A DNA stretch of 64,000 nucleotides from an uncultured Alphaproteobacteria bacterium (lineage in GTDB: Bacteria; Pseudomonadota; Alphaproteobacteria; Rs-D84), in assembly GCA_944389135.1 (NCBI GenBank), contig CALXLG010000001.1, forward strand, positions 89,421 to 153,420. The letters are read 5' to 3'. Shown here piece after piece: positions 57,232-64,000 of this stretch (positions are counted from its first letter, which is position 1; each line of letters begins with the position of its first letter). The position numbers and the translations under genes are program-made. Under the pieces are notes generated by a model. That model had not been told where the DNA came from and ran no database searches. It worked only from the letters and a program-made list of their open reading frames with translations.

Positions 57232-57846
57232 ATGAAAAAAATAGTTATTTCAACGTTGGCAGTATTAATTGCTTGCCCTGCGTTTGCAACACCAGGATAT
57301 CAACAGCGTGAAAGCAGCTGGCAGATGTTTGGCTTGGATCCATATATCGGCATGCGTGGTGGGGCAAGTTATTCTAATTTGAATTATAATTATAATGACA
57401 ACAAAGAAACTGTATCAGATATGGCTTTCCAGGGTAGAGCAGCAATGGGTTTAGAAATTTGTGATACAGTACGTTCTGAAATTGAATGGTCTATATACAG
57501 CAAAACAAAAGATACAGCCGATTTTGGCGATGTTAAAGATGTCAAAGTAGAAACTAAATTACAGACATTGTTATGGAATACGTATTGGGAATTTGGTGGC
57601 TATCGCGTAGTTCGTCCATTTGTTGGTTTGGGTGCTGGTGCCGCTTTTGTTGATGTTGAACGTAAAGTACCGGTGGTCGGCGATCATAGCAAAAGCAATA
57701 CACGCTTCTCTGCGATGGGTACTATGGGCGTAACATTTGATATGGAACGTTTTGCAATTGATTTGGCTGCACGTTATAACTATGTAGATGTAGAATCTGG
57801 TTTACATAACTTTGGTGGTGATGTTGGTATCAGATTTATGTTCTAA
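57232..57846 (+). CDS. outer-membrane beta-barrel protein (OmpA-like/porin family)
   Basis: 204 aa; signal peptide ...CPAFA; C-terminal GIRFMF; aromatic girdle pattern. Confidence 0.6.
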   Translation: MKKIVISTLAVLIACPAFATPGYQQRESSWQMFGLDPYIGMRGGASYSNLNYNYNDNKETVSDMAFQGRAAMGLEICDTVRSEIEWSIYSKTKDTADFGDVKDVKVETKLQTLLWNTYWEFGGYRVVRPFVGLGAGAAFVDVERKVPVVGDHSKSNTRFSAMGTMGVTFDMERFAIDLAARYNYVDVESGLHNFGGDVGIRFMF

Positions 57847-57855
57847 GGTGTCATA

Positions 57856-57884
57856 AAACCGTCATGCAAATGACGGTTTTAATT
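57856..57884 (+). terminator. Rho-independent terminator after OMP gene
   Basis: ACCGTCAT-GCAA-ATGACGGT followed by TTTTAATTT. Confidence 0.6.
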
Positions 57885-58003
57885 TGTTGACTTAATTATA
57901 AAAATAACTTAATTTTACGTACCAGAAAAAACAGCGCGCAGTGTTAGCACACGTAAGTCCAGTTGCTAGCACTGTTTTTTTGTGAAAAAAGGAGTACGTA
58001 AAA

Positions 58004-58435
58004 ATGAATGTTAAACATCCAGTAAATAAAGTAGAAGGTATTATTTTTGGTATTACAAATTGTGTTTTTATGGTTCTTGGTATGATGTTCTTTAACCTGT
58101 ATATAAACAATGCTTTAAATATACACAATATAATATTTGGATTTATACCTGTGTTTTTTACAGCTTTTGTTCTTAGCTTGTTAGTTGGTAAACTTATTAA
58201 TAAATATAATCTCTATAAAATTACGCCAGTTATAAGAGTTTTTTTAATGGCGTCTATTATGTCGTTTGTTGCCCCATTAGTTGAGTTGGGAATAGTTATG
58301 CCATTAGGTGGTTATCTTGTTTCTTTTGCAAGAAATTTCGCTGTTGCATTATTTTTACAATTGTGTTTTGTAATGCATATTGCTTTATTCGTTTTGGCAA
58401 AGTACAGATATGTTTATATGAAGTTAATTCGCTAA
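58004..58435 (+). CDS. hypothetical 4-TM membrane protein
   Basis: 143 aa; four hydrophobic helices; preceded by hairpin+T-run and RBS AAGGAG. Confidence 0.4.
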   Translation: MNVKHPVNKVEGIIFGITNCVFMVLGMMFFNLYINNALNIHNIIFGFIPVFFTAFVLSLLVGKLINKYNLYKITPVIRVFLMASIMSFVAPLVELGIVMPLGGYLVSFARNFAVALFLQLCFVMHIALFVLAKYRYVYMKLIR

Positions 58436-58549
58436 TAATCGGCTCTATGTACAGGAATTCCTTGTATTCCTAGGGATTCAAACCTGACGAAATTTATGAT
58501 TTTTTATTATAAAATGTTTTTCGTAACCATAAATAAAAAGGAGAAATTT

Positions 58550-59110
58550 ATGAAAAACATTATAAAAAAATTATTTGTTCTGTCGTCTGTATTGTGTGCG
58601 GCGGTTCTGTTGTCTGGTTGTATGGGATGCAACAATAATAAACGTATGCATCCACAAGACAAAAATATGCATATGCAACAACAGAAAGGTATGCAGTCTG
58701 ATAATGTAACTTTTTATCAAACTTATGAAGATGCAGATGTAACAAAAGTTCATGCAAAAATGTATACTCATAGCAGCCATGGTGGTGAATCAAGAATGGG
58801 ATATATTAAATTTTATGAAACAGATGCAGGCTTGAAAATGGATGTCGATTTAAAAGATTTGCGTCCAGGGGTAACTTATACTATGAGCGTTCATCAGTGC
58901 AATAAGTGCTCAACTGGTATGTGCTGCAATAAAATGCCTTTGGCAAAGAATATGCCTACATTACGTATAGAAAAACCTGGTAAGTTAGAAGAATCTTTTG
59001 TGCTTCATGGAATGAGTGCGGAACAGTTGCTTAATGCAAAGATTTATCTAGAACGTGATGGTGGTTATAAAGCTGCATGGGGAACATTGGAAAAAAGCAT
59101 GACTTTATAA
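58550..59110 (+). CDS. SodC-like (Cu/Zn superoxide dismutase fold) lipoprotein with incomplete metal-ligand set
   Basis: Start moved to MKNIIKK (lipobox LSGC); GYIKFYETDAGLKMDVDLKDLRPGVTYTMSVHQCNKC parallels SodC G.V.F.E..G..V...L.GL.PG.HGFHIHE.G.C, but FHIH reads MSVH. Confidence 0.45.
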   Translation: MKNIIKKLFVLSSVLCAAVLLSGCMGCNNNKRMHPQDKNMHMQQQKGMQSDNVTFYQTYEDADVTKVHAKMYTHSSHGGESRMGYIKFYETDAGLKMDVDLKDLRPGVTYTMSVHQCNKCSTGMCCNKMPLAKNMPTLRIEKPGKLEESFVLHGMSAEQLLNAKIYLERDGGYKAAWGTLEKSMTL

Positions 59111-59127
59111 GGAAAATCTGCTTTATT

Positions 59128-59157
59128 ATAAGTCTCGGTTATTCCGAGACTTTTTTA
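59128..59157 (+). terminator. Rho-independent terminator after SodC-like gene
   Basis: AGTCTCGG-TTATT-CCGAGACT followed by TTTTTTATGTTTTT. Confidence 0.6.
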
Positions 59158-59203
59158 TGTTTTTGCTTTAAGAAAAAAATCTTATGTGCTAGCCTTTGTC
59201 CCC

Positions 59204-60766
59204 GTGGGGATAAAAAGATATTTATTTTTTGCGTTAATAACGTATCTGTTTGTGCATTTTCAAGCAGGTGCGCAAGATGTTATTTATAATGATATTGTTG
59301 GTGATGATATAGATGTTGTTAATGATTTTATTGTTACAGATACAGGCAGTATAGACTTTGAAACTATAAATATATGTAATTCAGTTTTTGTTACAAATAG
59401 CGGTAAAATTACGGGTGATATTAATGTGCATGCAGGTAGTACTTTGTATATTCAAAGTAGTGGTTCTGTAAATAGCGATTTTACGCTTGGGGATAATTCT
59501 GCAGTTGTTCAAGTGGTAAACTCAAAGAAAGATCTTAAAAACATAAATTTTAATGTTGAATATAGTTTACTTGTGTCTGCTAAAGATGGTGTGTCTTTAA
59601 ATCAAATAATGTCAATGGGGGCAGATGCAAAGGAAATTGTTTTTAATGAAAGTGTTTTGAAATTAGATGCTCTAAAGGTTTTGAGGCTTAGTAGTATTAC
59701 TAGCCCAGAAATAAAGCTGGTTGGTAACAATATTTTATATGCAGATGCCGTTTTAGAAAATCAACCTATATTATCTAATGTAACAGGGAACGGTACATTA
59801 TATATTTATGATAGGTCTTTGTCGCCCTTGTATGCGATACAATCTTATGTGAAAAACGGGAATGTATTTGGTGAAATAGTTAGAGAGACAGATTATTCTA
59901 AAATTCTAAAAAATACTATGGGAGAGTTTCTTGATGATTTGCGTATCAGCGAGCCAAATAATAAGTTGTTACCAGTTATGGATTCGGCAAATTCTTTTGA
60001 AGATTTATATAAGATTATATCAGATTCAGTAAAATTAAATCCTATAAAGTTAATTGAACCGATTCGTGTTTTAAGTGATTTTAGTTCTTTGTTTACAGAT
60101 GGTGATAGTGGGTATACATACGGTGTTTTACCAATTCTTATTTATTCAGATGCTTTTTATACTTATGGTGGAAAAGTTATTTTGTCTCCTGCAATTTTAA
60201 ATGATGTAAAACTCTCTATGTCAATATACACTGCATATACAGCGTTTTCTGATTATGTAAATGATTTTAATGCTACAACAAACGGTGCAGACCTTTTTGT
60301 CAGTTATGAAAAGAATTTATATTCTATTGATTTGATGCTTGGGGCGTCTTCAACGCGCTTTGATGTAGGAGACGTTTTTGATGAAGGAGTTATTGTTAAT
60401 AACCCGTCTGGGTTATCTGTTTATTCATATGCAAATGTTGGCAGGAAGTTTTTGCTTGAAGAAGATTTAGTTATAAAACCATTTATTAATGTCAGTGCAG
60501 ACTATGTAAAAGTATCTAGTCAAAAAGATACGGATTTAGATACAGGTGCTGGGGCAGAAATATCTTTCTTGTATGATGATTTTGATATCTCGTACGAGTA
60601 TGGTGCAAAAATACGTGCTTTAGTTTCAGGGCAAGTTGGTGCGTCTTTTAATATGACGTTTATATCTGATATAGACGGTCTTGCTGGTTCAATAGAGTTT
60701 GGTACGTTATATGACAATGACGATTTTGCTTATGGAATTAGGGCAGGGGCTAGTTTTAACTTTTAA
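59204..60766 (+). CDS. autotransporter-like outer-membrane protein (passenger + C-terminal beta-barrel)
   Basis: Probable GTG start giving signal peptide MGIKRYLFFALITYLFVHFQAGA; N-terminal repetitive beta-helix-like passenger (VTDTGSIDF..VTNSGKITGDINV..); C-terminal alternating pattern ending GIRAGASFNF. Confidence 0.5.
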   Translation: MGIKRYLFFALITYLFVHFQAGAQDVIYNDIVGDDIDVVNDFIVTDTGSIDFETINICNSVFVTNSGKITGDINVHAGSTLYIQSSGSVNSDFTLGDNSAVVQVVNSKKDLKNINFNVEYSLLVSAKDGVSLNQIMSMGADAKEIVFNESVLKLDALKVLRLSSITSPEIKLVGNNILYADAVLENQPILSNVTGNGTLYIYDRSLSPLYAIQSYVKNGNVFGEIVRETDYSKILKNTMGEFLDDLRISEPNNKLLPVMDSANSFEDLYKIISDSVKLNPIKLIEPIRVLSDFSSLFTDGDSGYTYGVLPILIYSDAFYTYGGKVILSPAILNDVKLSMSIYTAYTAFSDYVNDFNATTNGADLFVSYEKNLYSIDLMLGASSTRFDVGDVFDEGVIVNNPSGLSVYSYANVGRKFLLEEDLVIKPFINVSADYVKVSSQKDTDLDTGAGAEISFLYDDFDISYEYGAKIRALVSGQVGASFNMTFISDIDGLAGSIEFGTLYDNDDFAYGIRAGASFNF

Positions 60767-62060
60767 CTACTTTCCCACGTAAAGAGGCTTTGTTTGCGTC
60801 TGTAATAACTATGTTTGCCATTTGTTCATTTGTACTGTCATTGTTAACAATGCATTGCTGCATATAAGGTGTGCGATAGACTAAATGCTTGCCTGTTTTA
60901 TCAGGGCCTTCACATAAACACAGCATGGTTTTCCCGATGCAAGATTCGTTAAATTCACGTTGAATTTCATTAAGTAAAGAATCTAGCTTTGCCAGTCTTT
61001 CTGCTTTTATAGATTCTGGAATTTGGTCTTTCATTAATGCCGCAGCTGTATGTGGGCGTGGCGAATATTTAAAAGAATAAGAGTTTATGTATTTTATCTT
61101 TTTGGCGATCGCCATCGTTTGTTCAAAGGCTTCTTCTGTTTCGCCAGGAAAACCCACGATAAAATCACTAGATATCTGAATGTCGGGACGTGCAGACTTT
61201 AATTTGTCAACTATATCTATATATAGATTTAGTTCGTACGGGCGATTCATTCTTGTCAATACATTGGGTGCCCCGCTTTGTATAGGCATATTTAAGAAAG
61301 GCAGAAGTTTAGGTTCTTTTTTGAACATTTCTATTAAGTCATCTGTCATTTCTGTAGGATAACTTGAAGTAAATCGTATTCTTTGTATTTCAGAAAGCTT
61401 CGCAGCTTCTTGAATTAAATCTGATAAGCGATATGTTTTTCCAGATGGGGCAGTATATTTATAGCCATTTACATTTTGCCCTAAAAAGCATATTTCAATT
61501 GCGCCCGTTTTTGCGGCATGTATTGTGTCACGCACAACATCTTCAAAAGGTCTTGATACCTCGCGTCCGCGGGTATAGGGTACAATGCAATATGTACAAC
61601 AATGATTACATCCTTCTTGAATGGGTATATATGCAACAGCTGGCGACTTTTCCATTTGCGGCAATTCGTCAAATTTTTCAAGCCCTGTTAAATCAATGTT
61701 TAATAATTTTGTGTCAGGATTTTTTAATATTTCAGGTAATTTATGATAGCTTTGTGGACCCAAAACAAAATTCAAATCAGGAATTCGTTTAAAAGCACTG
61801 CTGCCCGCTTCACGTGCAACGCAGCCTACAATGCCGAAAAGAGCGTCAGGCTTTTTTGCACGACGAACACGCCCCAAAGCAGAAAATACTTTATTCGTTG
61901 CTTTTTCGCGAACCGCGCAGGTGTTTAATATAATTATATCTGCGTCTGATAAAGCGTCAGTTTGTTCAAAACCATATGTTTTTAACATAGCCGCGATTCG
62001 CTGACCGTCATAAACATTCATTTGACAGCCAAAAGTTTGAATAAAGAATTTTCTTGCCAT
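60756..62060 (-). CDS. miaB: tRNA-i6A37 methylthiotransferase MiaB
   Basis: 434 aa; N-terminal MTTase cysteines (FGCQMN), radical-SAM CNHCCTYC, TRAM domain. Confidence 0.9.
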   Translation of the reverse strand: MARKFFIQTFGCQMNVYDGQRIAAMLKTYGFEQTDALSDADIIILNTCAVREKATNKVFSALGRVRRAKKPDALFGIVGCVAREAGSSAFKRIPDLNFVLGPQSYHKLPEILKNPDTKLLNIDLTGLEKFDELPQMEKSPAVAYIPIQEGCNHCCTYCIVPYTRGREVSRPFEDVVRDTIHAAKTGAIEICFLGQNVNGYKYTAPSGKTYRLSDLIQEAAKLSEIQRIRFTSSYPTEMTDDLIEMFKKEPKLLPFLNMPIQSGAPNVLTRMNRPYELNLYIDIVDKLKSARPDIQISSDFIVGFPGETEEAFEQTMAIAKKIKYINSYSFKYSPRPHTAAALMKDQIPESIKAERLAKLDSLLNEIQREFNESCIGKTMLCLCEGPDKTGKHLVYRTPYMQQCIVNNDSTNEQMANIVITDANKASLRGKVVKS

Positions 62061-62062
62061 TT

Positions 62063-62248
62063 TTATTTACTTTTTGTTCTTTGATTTCTAATAAACTTAC
62101 GTTTGGTTTCTTGCAAGTTATTAAAATGATTCTTTGAATAGTTTTGTTTCATTGTTTTGCATGGAACTTCTGGCAAAAAAGGATTTTTGTCTTGCGGAAA
62201 GCATTTTGATATAAACGACATAAAGTTAAATTTAGTGGTTGTACTCAT
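62063..62248 (-). CDS. small hypothetical ORF (61 aa) immediately upstream of miaB
   Basis: ORF ends 2 nt before miaB start; basic C-terminus; no homology recognised, may be spurious. Confidence 0.2.
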   Translation of the reverse strand: MSTTTKFNFMSFISKCFPQDKNPFLPEVPCKTMKQNYSKNHFNNLQETKRKFIRNQRTKSK

Positions 62249-62273
62249 ATTTCACTCCTTGGTTAAATATTTT

Positions 62274-63794
62274 TTAGGATAATTTTTTCCGCAGTAATTC
62301 ATTAACAACAGCTGGGTTTGCTTTGCCTGCAGTTGCTTTCATTACACCGCCTACGAAGAAACCAAGCAACCCAACTTTGCCAGATTTATATTGTTCGACT
62401 TGTGCAGGGTTTGCAGCAATTACATCATCAACGGCTTTTTCAATTGCAGCTGTATCTGTAATTTGCTTCATTCCGAATCGGTCTGCAATTTCTTTTGGTG
62501 TGCCCGATTCGCCGTCTAACATTTTTATAAATATTTCTTTTGCTTGTTTGCCGTTAACTTCATTTGCAGAAATCATATCAACTAATTCTGCTAAATTTTC
62601 TGGTGTTATGATTCGCGCTTCGCCTTGCTCAGCTGTATCCACAGCGTTTTTTACATCCCAATTTTCAGGGTGTGCAAATAGTTCACTTATCATCCAGTTC
62701 GCAATAGGTTTTGCACGTTCTGATTTACCGTTAACAGCACTATCAAACCATTTCGATATGTCTGTCGTTTCTGTCAATCTTGCTGCATCGTATTCGCTTA
62801 AGCCCATATTTATATAACGTACACGTGTCGCTGCAGGTAATTCAGGCATGGTACTGCGAATTCTTTCAATTGTTTCTTCGCTTACTTCCAAAGGCAATAA
62901 GTCTGGGTCTGGGAAATAGCGGTAATCTAATGCATCTTCTTTGCTACGCATTACAGATGTTGTTCCGTCTGATTGACTATATCGCATTGTGTCTTGAGAT
63001 ACTGTACCACCGTTTTCATAAATTTCTATTTGACGACGGGCTTCGTATTCAATTGCTGATTTAATGAATTTAAACGAAACCATGTTTTTTGTTTCTGTGC
63101 GTGTGCGAAATTCTTTTGAACCAACAGGGCGTACAGATACATTTACGTCTGCGCGCATAGAGCCTTCTTCCATGTTTGCTTTTGATACGCCAAGAGCTCG
63201 TGCAATTTCGCGAATTTCACGTAGATAGCGCTCAGCTTCATCCGGAGAAGTTATATATGAATTATTTTCAGGATTTTTTGTATCTAAAAATGTTACGATT
63301 TCTAATAATGCAACACCGGTTCTGTTATAGTCCGCAAAAGATTTTGTCGGATGTACATCGTGTTTTAACTTTCCTGCGTCTTGTTCCAAATGTGCACGTT
63401 CAATTAAAATCTTTTTAGGTTGACCATCGTCACCCATAATTTCAACCCAACCACGACCTACAATTGGTAGCTCTTCGGCAGGTTGTGAAATCTGATAACC
63501 TTGTGGCAGGTCAGGGTAGAAGTACTGTTTACGGGCAAATTTACTTTTTCTTGATATCTCCGCATTTAGACCAAGCCCCATTTTTATTGCTTGTTCAACG
63601 CAGTATTCGTTTAATACAGGCAACATACCTGGCATAGCAACGTCTACCATAGAAACTTGGGTGTTTGGGGCAACTGTTGGATTATAATCGGCAGATGCAC
63701 CACTAAAAAGTTTGCTGTTAGACAGAACTTCTATATGTGTTTCAAGCCCTATAACTAATTCCCAATCTGTTGTTTTGCCTTTTATCGTAAACAT
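62274..63794 (-). CDS. gatB: Asp-tRNA(Asn)/Glu-tRNA(Gln) amidotransferase subunit B
   Basis: 506 aa; N-terminal WELVIGLETHIEV, full GatB layout with C-terminal YqeY-like domain. Confidence 0.95.
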   Translation of the reverse strand: MFTIKGKTTDWELVIGLETHIEVLSNSKLFSGASADYNPTVAPNTQVSMVDVAMPGMLPVLNEYCVEQAIKMGLGLNAEISRKSKFARKQYFYPDLPQGYQISQPAEELPIVGRGWVEIMGDDGQPKKILIERAHLEQDAGKLKHDVHPTKSFADYNRTGVALLEIVTFLDTKNPENNSYITSPDEAERYLREIREIARALGVSKANMEEGSMRADVNVSVRPVGSKEFRTRTETKNMVSFKFIKSAIEYEARRQIEIYENGGTVSQDTMRYSQSDGTTSVMRSKEDALDYRYFPDPDLLPLEVSEETIERIRSTMPELPAATRVRYINMGLSEYDAARLTETTDISKWFDSAVNGKSERAKPIANWMISELFAHPENWDVKNAVDTAEQGEARIITPENLAELVDMISANEVNGKQAKEIFIKMLDGESGTPKEIADRFGMKQITDTAAIEKAVDDVIAANPAQVEQYKSGKVGLLGFFVGGVMKATAGKANPAVVNELLRKKLS

Positions 63795-63847
63795 TTTTAT
63801 TTTTCCTTGCTTTTTTTATTTAAGTATCTTATTATTCGTTCCGCGTT

Positions 63848-63923
63848 GGCTAGATAGCTCAGTTGGTAGAGCAAGGGACTGAAAATCCCTGTGTCAGTGG
63901 TTCGATTCCACTTCTAGCCACCA
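63848..63923 (+). tRNA. tRNA-Phe (anticodon GAA)
   Basis: GGCTAGA acceptor / TCTAGCC, D-arm GCTC-AGTTGGTA-GAGC, anticodon stem AGGGA/TCCCT loop CTGAAAA, T-arm AGTGG-TTCGATT-CCACT, encoded CCA. Confidence 0.85.
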
Positions 63924-64000
63924 TTTTTTATTTCCCCATTACTTTTGTCGGTCTGTTATCAATTCCTGCAAATTGTTCGATATGTTTTGCAAGTTGTAAA

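Noticed and set aside
57920-57990. Imperfect hairpin CAGTGTTAGCAC...GTTGCTAGCACTG plus T-run upstream of the 4-TM protein gene, considered as a possible riboswitch
   Set aside because: Too short and simple for any riboswitch class I can recognise; it lies just downstream of the clear OMP-gene terminator (57856-57884), so it may be an additional read-through terminator or attenuator, but this was not established.
1-64000. CRISPR arrays, IS elements/transposases, rRNA genes, prophage genes
   Set aside because: No regularly spaced direct repeats, no transposase/integrase-like ORFs other than XerD, and no rRNA-like sequence were seen on either strand.

Overview
This is an AT-rich (roughly one-third GC by eye), gene-dense chromosomal segment. 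Most of it is housekeeping genes whose order and protein signatures point to a reduced-genome alphaproteobacterium, possibly an intracellular or symbiotic Rickettsiales- or Holosporales-like lineage. I could not identify the species. Recognisable genes: yebC, ruvC, mltA, secB, recA, typA, serS, trxB, xerD, an lptF/G-family permease, greA, mutL, yajC-secD-secF, ftsK, fabD, rarA, a fused ybeY-lnt, trmB, gltX, a hemolysin-III channel, thrS, tatA, dksA-trxA, a sufS-sufT-sufE mini-cluster, ftsL-ftsI, recJ, nrnA, lolA, tatB-tatC, a LysM/M23 peptidase, miaB and gatB, plus tRNA-Lys(CUU) and tRNA-Phe(GAA). Three accessory-looking regions sit among these. (1) 6013-10672 is a five-gene glycosyltransferase cluster wedged between recA and typA, with a tandem-duplicated GT2 pair. 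(2) 32471-34725 is a MucR/Ros-family regulator with a degenerate zinc finger, followed immediately by a 626-aa protein that combines a phage-lysozyme-like (GH24-like) core with C-terminal TPR repeats; it reads directly into ybeY-lnt. (3) 36855-38942 is a tight four-gene minus-strand operon: a two-TM protein with a Pro-rich linker and a ZipA-C-like domain, an unknown 168-aa protein, a SUKH-like (Syd/Smi1-like) protein and an RHH_4 ribbon-helix-helix protein. It lies where metK normally sits between lnt and trmB, and is the best candidate here for an undescribed system. There are several outer-membrane beta-barrel or autotransporter-like genes and many canonical Rho-independent terminators, three of which share a CCGGCRTTTGCCGG palindrome. 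No CRISPR array, IS element or rRNA was seen. All calls rest on reading the six-frame translations against remembered family signatures; no database search was run.
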